This document shows, piece after piece, positions 8,408 through 18,255 of a DNA stretch of 64,000 bases. Origin of the DNA: Minisyncoccota bacterium (GTDB lineage: Bacteria; Patescibacteriota; Minisyncoccia; Phycocordibacterales; DATDWN01). Numbering within the stretch: the first letter of the stretch is position 1; each line of letters begins with the position of its first letter. The DNA lies in contig DATDWN010000013.1 of the NCBI GenBank assembly GCA_036517395.1, positions 2,191 to 66,190 on the forward strand, given 5' to 3'. Under the pieces are notes generated by a model, which was given only the letters and a program-made list of their open reading frames with translations, made no database searches and was not told the origin of the DNA. Both the position numbers and the translations under genes were made by a program.

Positions 8408-8869
8408 ATGTCTCAAAAATTTAAAAAGGGTTTCACCCCAGTACCAGAGCGAAGCTCGGTACGGGGTTTCACGCTTATCGAGTTACTTGTGGTTATTGCC
8501 ATCATAGGTATTTTATCTTCCATTGTTTTAGCATCACTTAACTCCGCCAGAGATAAAGCAGGGAATGCTGCTATAAAGGAAGATTTGCACGGACTTCGCA
8601 GTCAGGCGGAAATTTCTTATGACAACAACAATAATAATTATAGTACAGTCTGCGCCAACCAAAATGTTATAAATGCCATAAACAATGCTTTAATAGCGGG
8701 TAGCGATACTGGGACAGTGGCAACAAGATGCAACAATAGCGCAACCGCATGGGCAGCCAATGTAAAGTTGAAGACGGTTGAAGGTACTAGTAATTACTGG
8801 TGTGTGGATAGTACTGGAGTAGGAAAGGGGGAGGCTAATGAACTCGGTGGAGCAACCGTTTGTAGTTAA
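8408..8869 (+). CDS. Type IV pilin / pseudopilin
   Basis: N-methylation motif GFTLIELLVVIAIIGILSSIV and C-terminal Cys pairs (YWCVDSTG). Confidence 0.92.
   Translation: MSQKFKKGFTPVPERSSVRGFTLIELLVVIAIIGILSSIVLASLNSARDKAGNAAIKEDLHGLRSQAEISYDNNNNNYSTVCANQNVINAINNALIAGSDTGTVATRCNNSATAWAANVKLKTVEGTSNYWCVDSTGVGKGEANELGGATVCS
8436..8466. repeat. REP-like hairpin family A (other copies 43451-43481, 56655-56685, degenerate 5718-5745)
   Basis: CCCCAGTACCAGAGC(G/A)AAGCTCGGTACGGGG; near-identical copies in both orientations. Confidence 0.85.
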
Positions 8870-9084
8870 TATTTTTATCTGCGACGAGAGAGGAGCGCGT
8901 GAATGTGTAATCACATTCACAGCGTCCGAACGAGGAGTAGCAATGGTAAAACCCCGCCCCTCTGGGGCGGAACAGGGGTCCAGGGCTTGCCCTGGGGTTT
9001 CATACCATTGATAGACTAAATCTGAACAAAATAAACCCTATTGTTAGAGTTTATTTTGTTTTTATTGTATAATGCAGTGAAATT

Positions 9085-10932
9085 ATGGATCCCAATGCCA
9101 TCACATATTTTGCTGAGACGGACGCCAGGAATAAGAAGATAAAATTTGGCATAAAGGCCAAGGATCGCTTGAAGCACGTCTACGTAATAGGCAAGACGGG
9201 TATGGGCAAATCGACCCTCCTCGAGAACATGGCTATTCAGGATATTCAGAACGGAAACGGCATAGCCTTCGTCGACCCTCACGGAGGAACAGCTGAGAAA
9301 CTGCTCGATTATGTTCCAGAAAGCCGCGTAAAAGATGTGCTTTATTTTGCCCCGTTTGATTTGGAGTACCCCATATCTTTTAACCTCATCGAGGACATTG
9401 GGGCTGACAAAAGACACCTTGTGGTAAATGGCCTGATGTCCACATTTGAGAAAATCTGGGTCGACGCTTGGTCGGCTCGTATGGCATATATTTTGAACAA
9501 CTCGCTTCTGGCTCTTCTGGAATATCCCGGATCGACACTCCTCGGCGTCAACCGAATGCTCTCTGATAAAGACTATAGGAAAAAAGTGGTGGACAATGTC
9601 AAAGATCCATCGGTAAAATCCTTCTGGGTGGATGAGTTTGCAAAATATACTGAGAGATTTGCCGCAGAGGCAACTCCGGCTATTCAAAACAAAGTAGGAC
9701 AGTTCACCTCGAACCCTCTCGTTCGAAATATAATAGGTCAGCCGAAATCATCTTTTGACTTGCGCGAGATAATGGATAAGAAAAAGATTCTCATCGTCAA
9801 TCTCTCCAAAGGTCGCGTTGGTGAGGGCAATGCAAACCTCATCGGTTCGATGCTCATAACCAAAATATATCTAGCAGCTATGTCGCGCGCGGATTCCTCC
9901 GAGTCACAGCTGGCCAACCTGCCAAACTTTTATCTCTATGTGGACGAGTTCCAGTCTTTCGCAAACAAATCATTTGCCGATATTTTGTCCGAGGCCAGAA
10001 AATACAAACTGAACTTGACTATTGCTCACCAATACATAGAGCAGATGGAAGAAGAAGTGAGAGACGCTGTTTTTGGTAACGTCGGTACGATGATTACTTT
10101 CCGAGTCGGTGCTTTTGATTCTGAAGTTTTGGAGAAAGAGTTTGCGCCGACTTTTGAAGCGGTGGATCTGGTTGGTTTGGGTTTCGCTCAGGTTTATTTG
10201 AAGCTTATGATAGACGGTGTTTCTTCCCAGCCTTTCTCAGCCACTACCTTGGGTCCTATTGCAAAGCCAGATATTAGCTTCAAGGATGCTGTTATCACAT
10301 CATCTCGTGAGCAGTTTGGCCATCCTCGGGCGCAGGTGGAAAAGGAAATAGTGGATTGGCATGATTTGGGTACTGCAAGAGAAGTTAGGGACGGAAGTGC
10401 AGGGAGACCAAGGCCCGCCCTCCCTCCCGAGGAGGGAGTAGGCGGGGATAATCAAAATGTAAAACAGGTGGGAGAAAGACCGGAAGTACAGTTCAGAAAC
10501 GAAGTACAAAAAGAAGATCCTGAGGCCACCAAAAAAGCTTTCATGCAAGCTGCAGAGGAGTTGCGCAAAAAGGAGGGTGAGGAGAGACAGTCCCAGCACC
10601 GGAGTGTCCCAGCTAGCAGAGCCGCAGTACCAGAGCAGAGCTTGATACACGGCAAGCAGTACGATATGAGGCAGGAAAGGCTAAAAGATAATTTCAATAA
10701 ATCAGGAAACACTGTTTCTCTCTCAAGCCTGAAATCAGACAAGGACAAAAAAAATCCAACAAGAGAAAATATGTCCAGTTTAAAGGCGGCCCTTTCTAGT
10801 GTTATAAGTAAACCAAGAGAAAATCCTCAGAAGACGGAAATACAAACCAAATACAAGCCACAACCGCGACAATCAGAAAAGGTCTCCACAAAAGAAGTGC
10901 CAGAAGATGTCCTGCGCAATTTACTGAAATGA
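9085..10932 (+). CDS. VirD4/TraG-like (HerA-FtsK superfamily) ATPase
   Basis: Walker A GKTGMGKS, DPHG, Walker B LYVDEFQ and SEARKY..AHQY, followed by a low-complexity C-terminal tail. Confidence 0.85.
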   Translation: MDPNAITYFAETDARNKKIKFGIKAKDRLKHVYVIGKTGMGKSTLLENMAIQDIQNGNGIAFVDPHGGTAEKLLDYVPESRVKDVLYFAPFDLEYPISFNLIEDIGADKRHLVVNGLMSTFEKIWVDAWSARMAYILNNSLLALLEYPGSTLLGVNRMLSDKDYRKKVVDNVKDPSVKSFWVDEFAKYTERFAAEATPAIQNKVGQFTSNPLVRNIIGQPKSSFDLREIMDKKKILIVNLSKGRVGEGNANLIGSMLITKIYLAAMSRADSSESQLANLPNFYLYVDEFQSFANKSFADILSEARKYKLNLTIAHQYIEQMEEEVRDAVFGNVGTMITFRVGAFDSEVLEKEFAPTFEAVDLVGLGFAQVYLKLMIDGVSSQPFSATTLGPIAKPDISFKDAVITSSREQFGHPRAQVEKEIVDWHDLGTAREVRDGSAGRPRPALPPEEGVGGDNQNVKQVGERPEVQFRNEVQKEDPEATKKAFMQAAEELRKKEGEERQSQHRSVPASRAAVPEQSLIHGKQYDMRQERLKDNFNKSGNTVSLSSLKSDKDKKNPTRENMSSLKAALSSVISKPRENPQKTEIQTKYKPQPRQSEKVSTKEVPEDVLRNLLK

Positions 10933-12125
10933 AGAAGATTCTTATTTTTTCTACAGCTTACTATCCTTTTGTTGGAGGCGCAGAAGTGGCAGTTAAAGAA
11001 ATTACCGACAGACTTGGGTCTCCTTCGATGAACTCAGGACAAGTAGATTTTGAGTTTGATTTGATAACGGCCAGATTAAGAAAAGATTTACCTGACCTTG
11101 AGAAAATCGGTGCTGTAAATGTTTATAGGATTGGGTCTGGAAAACCAACATTGGATAAACTACTACTCCCATTTCGTGGGGCTTTAAAAGCTTGGCAATT
11201 GAACAAAAAACAAAATTATTTCTGCTTTTGGGCCATTATGGCTTCGTTCAGTAGTGGGGCGGGGTATATCTGTAACATCCTAAGATTTATCTCTGGTAAG
11301 AACAAGATACCAATAGTTTTATCTCTACAAGAAGGCGATTCTGAAAATTATTTGAAGTATAAATGGGGTGGACTGGTAGCTCTATCATGGCGATTGTCGC
11401 TCTGGCAAACGGACCATCTGACCGCCTTAAGTAACTTTTTATTGAAGCGAGCCGAGAAAAATGGTTACAAAGGTGAAACCACTCTTGTTCCAAACGGAGT
11501 TGATATTCCTTTTTTCTCACAGATAATAAAAGAAGAGACGAAACAAGAACTACGAAATCGCTCGGGTAAAAAAACGGGGGATATTTTTTTGGTTACATCT
11601 GGCAGATTAACGCAAAAAAATGCAGTAGACAGCATCATTTCTTCTCTAACTCATTTAACAGAAAATATTTCTCTCATAATTATAGGCAAGGGAACTGATG
11701 GTAAATTGGATGAAGGTTCACAACTACAAAAACAAGCTCGTGATTTAGGATTAGCAAATAGAGTAAAATTTTTGGGCTTCCTACCTCACGTAGATATGCC
11801 AAAGTATCTTTCTGTCTGCGATATATTTATTCGCCCCAGTCGTTCGGAGGGTTTTGGTAATTCCTTTATTGAAGCCATGGCGGCTAGACTTCCAGTTATT
11901 GCCACACCAGTTGGTGGTATTCCAGACTTTATAGATGACAAAGAAACGGGAGTTTTTTGTTCACCGGATAATCCGCAAAGCATTGCTCAGGCTGTAAAGC
12001 TGATTTTGGAGGATGGTACCCTCCGAGAGAGAATTATAGAAAAAGCCTACGCTCGTGTTGTAGAGCGTTATAGCTGGGATCATGTGGTCCAGGAGATGAA
12101 GGCTGTTTTTGACAAAATGACCTAA
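10929..12125 (+). CDS. Glycosyltransferase family 4
   Basis: Motifs YYPFVGGAE and SRSEGFGNSFIEAMA. Confidence 0.92.
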   Translation: MKKILIFSTAYYPFVGGAEVAVKEITDRLGSPSMNSGQVDFEFDLITARLRKDLPDLEKIGAVNVYRIGSGKPTLDKLLLPFRGALKAWQLNKKQNYFCFWAIMASFSSGAGYICNILRFISGKNKIPIVLSLQEGDSENYLKYKWGGLVALSWRLSLWQTDHLTALSNFLLKRAEKNGYKGETTLVPNGVDIPFFSQIIKEETKQELRNRSGKKTGDIFLVTSGRLTQKNAVDSIISSLTHLTENISLIIIGKGTDGKLDEGSQLQKQARDLGLANRVKFLGFLPHVDMPKYLSVCDIFIRPSRSEGFGNSFIEAMAARLPVIATPVGGIPDFIDDKETGVFCSPDNPQSIAQAVKLILEDGTLRERIIEKAYARVVERYSWDHVVQEMKAVFDKMT

Positions 12126-12146
12126 AAATCTAGAATACACATTGTT

Positions 12147-13151
12147 ATGAAAATCTTTATTATTACAAGTATATATCCACCAGAAATAGGCGGTCCCGCC
12201 GAATATGCCAAGAATCTGGAAGAAGTCTGGCACAATGATGGCAACAGGGTTTCAGTAAAAATTTTTGGCAGGTTTAAGAAATTTCCTTGGGGAATACGTC
12301 ACATCATATTTTTCTTCTATATCCTACCAGCTGTTTCCTCCGCTGATTGTATTTTCGCCTTGGATGCATTTAGTACGGGGGTGGTCCTTGTTGCTTCGAA
12401 ACTCTTTTCTAAGAAAGTGGTTTTTCGTACTGGTGGTGATGTGTTGTGGGAACTCTATGTTAAAAGAACGGGGGATATGGTTACGCTTCCCGACTTTTAC
12501 AAAACACGATTGGACAAATTGTCTGCCAAAGAAAACATAATATTTGGCCTGATGAAGTGGACACTAAAAAATCTTTCCGGTGTGATATGGAGTACAAAAT
12601 GGCAGAGAGATATTTTTATGGAACCCTATGGGCTTCAAAAACAAAAGCATTTTATTGTGGAGAATTATTACGGTCTTAAAGTTCTTCCTCTCCCGCCTCA
12701 AGAAAAAAATTTTGTGGCTTCTGGTCGCAATCACAAGCTTAAAAATATAGAAGCCTTAAAGCGAGTTTTTGAGGATTCAACCGTAAAACAGTTAGGTGCC
12801 ATTTTGGACATCAAGGCAGTTCCACCTTCGGAGTTTTTGGAGAAAATAAGAAATTCATATGCCGTGCTCGTTGCTTCTCTATCTGAAATTAGCCCAAACA
12901 CGATTATTTCAGCAATCAGTGCCGGTAAGCCTTTTATCGTGACAAAAGAGAATGGTCTGTATGAGCGAATCAAGGATGTGGCTTTGTTCGTCGACCCCAA
13001 AAATCCAGAGGATATAAAAGCAAAAATTTTGTGGCTATGTAACCCAGAGAATTATGAAATCCAAAAGGAAAAACTAAGTTCTTGGGATTTTGTCCATAGC
13101 TGGGAGGATATCGCTCGAGAGTATTTGGAAGTTCAGGCTTCAATAAAATAA
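12147..13151 (+). CDS. Glycosyltransferase family 4-like
   Basis: Motifs YPPEIGGPA and SLSEISPNTIISAISAGKP. Confidence 0.85.
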   Translation: MKIFIITSIYPPEIGGPAEYAKNLEEVWHNDGNRVSVKIFGRFKKFPWGIRHIIFFFYILPAVSSADCIFALDAFSTGVVLVASKLFSKKVVFRTGGDVLWELYVKRTGDMVTLPDFYKTRLDKLSAKENIIFGLMKWTLKNLSGVIWSTKWQRDIFMEPYGLQKQKHFIVENYYGLKVLPLPPQEKNFVASGRNHKLKNIEALKRVFEDSTVKQLGAILDIKAVPPSEFLEKIRNSYAVLVASLSEISPNTIISAISAGKPFIVTKENGLYERIKDVALFVDPKNPEDIKAKILWLCNPENYEIQKEKLSSWDFVHSWEDIAREYLEVQASIK

Positions 13152-13158
13152 TTTCAAT

Positions 13159-14301
13159 ATGAAAGTCATATCCATCGGCACAGACAGAAAAGTTTTTGAA
13201 GAAGAAAGCCAAGTTTTTGGAAGGAACGTGGAGTATGCTTCTAAAATGGATGAGTTGCATATCGTGGTTTTTACTCTAAAAAGAGAGGGATTGACTGCAA
13301 AGAAGATAGGTAACCTTTATTTATACCCTACAAACTCTTTTTCGGAGTGGCTGTATGTATGGGATGCGTTAAGACTTTCTAAAAATTTGATTTCTCAAAG
13401 GGGACTTTTAAAAAACACTGTTATTTCGACTCAGGATCCCTTTCAGTGCGGATTTGTCGGAGTTAAACTTGCCAAAAGATTTCACTTACCGCTACAAGTT
13501 CAGGTTCACACGGATTTTCTCAGTCCTTATTTTTCAAAATCTTTTTTCAATAAAGTGAGAAAAATAATTGCTTCATACGTCATACCTAGGGCCAGCTCTC
13601 TTCGTGTTGTGGGTGATATGATAAAAAATTCCATAGAGAAAAAATTTTCCAACCTAAAAATTCCCATTAATGTTTTACCTATATTTTTTGATGTGGAGAA
13701 AATGGCTCACTTGTCAACCTCGCAGGTTGACAAGTCGTTAAATTTCCCTCAGCTCAAGTTCACTGTTTTAATGGCTAGTCGTTTAACCAAGGAAAAAAGA
13801 ATTGATGTGGCTCTGTGTGCCTTCAAAAAAGTGCTAGAGAGTTTTCCCTATGCTGGGCTTGTTATTGCCGGAAGCGGTCCGGAAGAAAATAATTTGAAAA
13901 ATCTGACAAAAGAGTTGGGTTTAACTTCCGCTGTTGTTTTTCTGGGTTGGCGAGACGATTTGCTGTCTCTATATAAAAGCGCAAATGTTTTTCTGCTTAC
14001 ATCGGAGTATGAAGGATATGGGATGGTTTTGGTAGAAGCGGCACTTTCCAGTTGTCCTATCATTACGACCAATGTTGGAATTGCTCAAAGTGGTATTTTT
14101 GTAAACGGCGTGAATTCTTTTGTTTGTCCCGTGGGAGATGTAGATGCCATTGCTCGGGCTATCCTAGAGCTTATAACAGACAATGCAAAGAGAGAGTTGT
14201 TCAAATGGAAAATGCAGGATAGTATTAAAGAGAAGATGATTTCCAAGGAAGAATATATGGCTAGTTATATAGCTTTATTGCAAAATTTACTCAGAAAATG
14301 A
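13159..14301 (+). CDS. Glycosyltransferase family 4
   Basis: Motifs RLTKEK and SEYEGYGMVLVEA. Confidence 0.9.
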   Translation: MKVISIGTDRKVFEEESQVFGRNVEYASKMDELHIVVFTLKREGLTAKKIGNLYLYPTNSFSEWLYVWDALRLSKNLISQRGLLKNTVISTQDPFQCGFVGVKLAKRFHLPLQVQVHTDFLSPYFSKSFFNKVRKIIASYVIPRASSLRVVGDMIKNSIEKKFSNLKIPINVLPIFFDVEKMAHLSTSQVDKSLNFPQLKFTVLMASRLTKEKRIDVALCAFKKVLESFPYAGLVIAGSGPEENNLKNLTKELGLTSAVVFLGWRDDLLSLYKSANVFLLTSEYEGYGMVLVEAALSSCPIITTNVGIAQSGIFVNGVNSFVCPVGDVDAIARAILELITDNAKRELFKWKMQDSIKEKMISKEEYMASYIALLQNLLRK

Positions 14302-14747
14302 TGGAATATATAAATAATCTTATTTATTACTTTACCAAGCACGTTGTAGTGCGCTACGTTATATCTGGAAGTTTGGCGGGACTAACTACAATACTTGTCC
14401 TCTATATCTTAAACGGTTTCTTAGGTTGGTACTATCTCCTGTCGTCTGTTTTGGCCTATCTCTCGGGTTTCGTTATAAGTTTTTCTCTGCAAAAATTTTG
14501 GACATTTCGAAGTCATGGGGAGGCAACTTCCAAGCAACTGTTCATGTATCTAGGGTCTTCTCTTTTTGGTTTGGTTTTAAATACAATGCTAATGTACATT
14601 TTTGTTGAGCACTTGTTTGTCTCCCTTCCTGTAGTTCTCAAGTTCAGGGTGCTTATTTCTGAATTTGTGGTTGGGCTTTTGGTGGCTTGTGTCACGTTTT
14701 TTATTTCGCGCAATATTATTTTCAAGTATAAAAAACCATCATTATGA
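14298..14747 (+). CDS. GtrA family flippase-like membrane protein
   Basis: Four TM segments and the motif SFSLQKFWTF. Confidence 0.85.
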   Translation: MMEYINNLIYYFTKHVVVRYVISGSLAGLTTILVLYILNGFLGWYYLLSSVLAYLSGFVISFSLQKFWTFRSHGEATSKQLFMYLGSSLFGLVLNTMLMYIFVEHLFVSLPVVLKFRVLISEFVVGLLVACVTFFISRNIIFKYKKPSL

Positions 14748-15766
14748 GACTTCTTATTTTTACACAAAAAGTTGATAGAAACGATTCGGTTCTAGGCTTT
14801 TTTCATAACTGGATAATTGAAATAGCAAAAAAAGTAGAAGAAGTTCAAATTATATGTTTAGAAAAGGGTGAATTCGATTTTCCAAAAAATGCGAAGGTTT
14901 ATTCCTTAGGAAAAGAAAAAGGAGTTTCTAAACTCCGTCGTATAATTAATTTGTATAAGTATTTGTGGATTATCCGAGGGTCGTACGATAAAGTTTTTGT
15001 TCATATGAATGAAGAGTACGTTTGGCTTCTTGGTCTTTACTGGAGAATTATTGGAGTGCCAGTTTATATGTGGAGAAATCATCCCAGAGGGGCATTTCTC
15101 ACTCGCGTTGCTGTTCTTTTTTCTACGAAAGTGTTTTGCACATCCACCTCTTCTTTTACAGCCAGATTTAAAAAAACGGCTATTATGCCTGCCGGCATAG
15201 ATACAAAAATATTTAGGGTGGTTGATGGAGTAGTGAGAAAAAAATACTCAATCTGTATGATTGGTCGCATAAGTCCTGTAAAACACATAGAGCTTGGACT
15301 AGAAGCGTTTGGCAGACTGGTTGCTTCAGGATCTCAAGCCTCTCTTAATATTATCGGTTCGACTGTGGAAAGAGATATTGAGTACTACGACAAACTAAAG
15401 GAATATGTTTTAGAGCATAATTTGTCCAATAGCATCAGTTTTACATCCGCGGTTACCCCTGACAAATTAGCGGAAATCTATAGTAGCTATGAAATATGTC
15501 TCAACCTGACAGAATCGGGCTCTTTTGATAAAACTATCGTCGAGGCGACTGCTTGTGGTTGTATTCCTTTAGTTTCAAATACATCTTTGCGGAGTCTTCT
15601 GCCAGAAGCTTGTATTACAGAAGCAACGTCAGAAGAAATTGCTAAATCCATAGAAAGACTTCTTGATGCTCACAGCCAGATGGAAACAGTAGAAAAGCTA
15701 AAGCCTTTTGTAGAGTCCCAGAGCTTAGATTTGCTAGTCAAGAGACTATTTGAAGAGATGGCATAA
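14744..15766 (+). CDS. Glycosyltransferase family 4
   Basis: Motifs GRISPVKH and GSFDKTIVEATACG. Confidence 0.88.
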   Translation: MRLLIFTQKVDRNDSVLGFFHNWIIEIAKKVEEVQIICLEKGEFDFPKNAKVYSLGKEKGVSKLRRIINLYKYLWIIRGSYDKVFVHMNEEYVWLLGLYWRIIGVPVYMWRNHPRGAFLTRVAVLFSTKVFCTSTSSFTARFKKTAIMPAGIDTKIFRVVDGVVRKKYSICMIGRISPVKHIELGLEAFGRLVASGSQASLNIIGSTVERDIEYYDKLKEYVLEHNLSNSISFTSAVTPDKLAEIYSSYEICLNLTESGSFDKTIVEATACGCIPLVSNTSLRSLLPEACITEATSEEIAKSIERLLDAHSQMETVEKLKPFVESQSLDLLVKRLFEEMA

Positions 15767-15808
15767 TGGACTTTTTCTGGGCTCAAAAATAGTGTATAGT
15801 GGTATATT

Positions 15809-16756
15809 ATGAATTCCAATACAGAGCTATCTATCGTGGTACCTCTTTTCAATGAAGAAGAAGTTCTGCCTTTGCTTTTATCTGAATTAAGCAAAGTTTG
15901 CGATTCTACAAAAAAAAGCTACGAGATAGTTCTAATTGATGATGGCTCACGCGACAAGACTTGGAGACTTATGCAAGAAGCTTCAGAAAGAAATTCAAAA
16001 ATAAAAGCTGTAAAGTTTTCTCGAAACTTTGGCCATCAGTCTGCTTTCGGCGCAGGTATAAATCTTGCCTCGGGTGACATGGTTATTACTATGGATGGTG
16101 ACTTGCAACATCCTCCACATCTAATTCCGGAGTTTATTAAAAGAGCAGAAGCGGGGAATGACATTGTCATAGGAGAAAGAACCAAAAACGAGCAGAACTC
16201 TCCTTTACGAGAAATAACTGGTACTCTTTTCTACAAATTTTTAAGCGCCATTACAAATCTGGAATTCAAAAATGTTTCTGACTTTGCTCTGTACAAAAGA
16301 TCCGTGGTAGAAACTCTGAAAAGTATGCCGGAAAAGGAGCGATTTCTACGAGGTATGGTTCAATGGGTTGGCTATAAAAAATCCTACGTTCCTTATGTGG
16401 TCGAAAGTCGAAAAGCGGGGAGCGCTAAATACACAGCTAAAAAGTTGTTTGGTCTTATTATGAGCGGTGTAACATCTTTCTCCGCTTTTCCTTTGCGTTT
16501 GGCTTTTTGGGTCGGTTCTTTCGTTTTCGCTTTTAGTATCGTATTTTCCGGATATGTAGTCTGGGACCACTATGCAAATCCAAGTCCATTTCTTGCTGGT
16601 TGGGCTACGCTCGTCATACTGGTTTTGTTTTTTGGCAGTATCCAACTGATAGTTCTTGGTATCGTCGGCGAATATTTGTATAAAATGTTCAATGAAGTGA
16701 AAGGAAGGCCTCCTTATATAGTTTCGGAAACTCGGAATATTAATGATTCCAAATAA
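15809..16756 (+). CDS. GT2 polyprenol-phosphate glycosyltransferase (GtrB/ArnC-like)
   Basis: Motifs VVPLFNEE, DDGSRD, SRNFGHQ and DGDLQHPP, with two C-terminal TMs. Confidence 0.92.
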   Translation: MNSNTELSIVVPLFNEEEVLPLLLSELSKVCDSTKKSYEIVLIDDGSRDKTWRLMQEASERNSKIKAVKFSRNFGHQSAFGAGINLASGDMVITMDGDLQHPPHLIPEFIKRAEAGNDIVIGERTKNEQNSPLREITGTLFYKFLSAITNLEFKNVSDFALYKRSVVETLKSMPEKERFLRGMVQWVGYKKSYVPYVVESRKAGSAKYTAKKLFGLIMSGVTSFSAFPLRLAFWVGSFVFAFSIVFSGYVVWDHYANPSPFLAGWATLVILVLFFGSIQLIVLGIVGEYLYKMFNEVKGRPPYIVSETRNINDSK

Positions 16757-17519
16757 TTTATTTATTGTGGCGGATGACTTGGGACTCCACCCATCTCTCA
16801 ATGACGGGATAGTTTTTCTTCTTAAAAATGGCAACATATCTGGCGTCTCTTTAATGCCCAATGGAGAAGCTTTCCAAGACGCCATAGAAAAACTAAAAAC
16901 ACTGGAAAACCCATTAATCGGAGTCCATTTTGTTTTGGTTGAGGAGAAGGCCACTGCTCTGGAAAGACTTTGGAAAAACCATAAAACTTTTTTTCTAAAA
17001 TATATTTTTGGGCTTGTGAAACTGACAGACGTAGAAAAAGAGCTAAGAGTTCAGATGGAAGTCTGTAAACGAGCTGGTGTAAAAATCTCTTTTATAAACA
17101 GCCATCAACATCTACATCTTCTACCAAAAATTATGGACATAGTTGTAAATCTAGCAAAAGAAAATAATATAGATTATATTCGCACCGTTTCCGAGCCATT
17201 TACTATGAAGGGTGGACTGTTTCGAGGATTGGAGTCCCTGTTTTTATCGTTTCTTTCTGCTAAAGCTCGGAGAAAAATAAAAAAAGCTGGGCTCAAAACA
17301 AACGATATTTTCATTGGATTTTTAGGAGCAAGTAATTTACAAAAACAAGACATTGATTTGGCAAATAGTTTGGCAGAAAAATATCCAGAAAAAAATGTAG
17401 AACTAGGTTGTCACCCCGGATTTGAAAACCCTAACCTTATAGAAAAATACAAACAATGGGGGAGATATAATTGGCAAAATGAACTGGAATTACTAAAAAG
17501 AACACAAAACAATGGTTAG
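16743..17519 (+). CDS. ChbG/YdjC/HpnK family carbohydrate deacetylase
   Basis: Motifs ADDLG, GVHF, NSHQHLH and ELGCHPG. Confidence 0.88.
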   Translation: MIPNNLFIVADDLGLHPSLNDGIVFLLKNGNISGVSLMPNGEAFQDAIEKLKTLENPLIGVHFVLVEEKATALERLWKNHKTFFLKYIFGLVKLTDVEKELRVQMEVCKRAGVKISFINSHQHLHLLPKIMDIVVNLAKENNIDYIRTVSEPFTMKGGLFRGLESLFLSFLSAKARRKIKKAGLKTNDIFIGFLGASNLQKQDIDLANSLAEKYPEKNVELGCHPGFENPNLIEKYKQWGRYNWQNELELLKRTQNNG

Positions 17520-18255
17520 CGGAAAAAAAGTTATTGTGGTTATGCCGGCCTATAATGCCCAAAAGACGGTAAAAATAACGCTGGATGCTATTCCTCGGGA
17601 ATTTGTGGACGATGTTATCCTTGTTGATGATGCAAGTAAAGACAGCACGGTAGAAGTGGCTCGAGGCCTAGGGCTTAAAACATTTGTTCATCAAAAAAAT
17701 CTCGGTTACGGCGGTAATCAGAAAACTTGCTACCAAGAGGCTCTGAAACTAGGGGCTGATATTGCTGTTATGGTTCATCCGGATTTTCAATATGATCCTG
17801 TCTTCATTCCGGAAATGGTGCAGCTTTTGGCGAATGATAAAGGAGATGCCGTTTTTGGCTCTCGGATGAAGATTAAAGCTAACGCTTTGAAAGGGGGGAT
17901 GCCTTATTGGAAGTTTGTTGCCAATATATTTTTAACTATGATAGAAAATATTATTCTGGACAATCATCTAACAGAGTATCATTCCGGATTTCGAGCTTAT
18001 AATAAAAAAGTGATGCAACTGCCGCTCAACCTAAATTCCGATAACTTCGTCTTTGATACAGAGATCATTGTTCAGATGAAAATAGCTGGTCTCCGGATAA
18101 AGGAAATTCCCATATCAACTAAATATTTTCCCGAAGCCTCCCAGATTCGTTTATGGAAGAGTATTGAATATGGTCTGTCGATACTAAATGTTATGAGAAA
18201 GTATATATTTTGGAAATATGGGATAAGAAGTTACAAACAGTTTGAAATTAATTAG
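17512..18255 (+). CDS. GT2 glycosyltransferase (DPM1-like)
   Basis: Motifs VVMPAYNA, DDASKD, NLGYGGNQK and HPDFQYDP. Confidence 0.92.
   Translation: MVSGKKVIVVMPAYNAQKTVKITLDAIPREFVDDVILVDDASKDSTVEVARGLGLKTFVHQKNLGYGGNQKTCYQEALKLGADIAVMVHPDFQYDPVFIPEMVQLLANDKGDAVFGSRMKIKANALKGGMPYWKFVANIFLTMIENIILDNHLTEYHSGFRAYNKKVMQLPLNLNSDNFVFDTEIIVQMKIAGLRIKEIPISTKYFPEASQIRLWKSIEYGLSILNVMRKYIFWKYGIRSYKQFEIN

Noticed and set aside
9085-10932. VirD4-like ATPase as evidence of a conjugative element
   Set aside because: There is no relaxase, VirB gene or integrase nearby, and it overlaps the first glycosyltransferase as part of a chromosomal operon.
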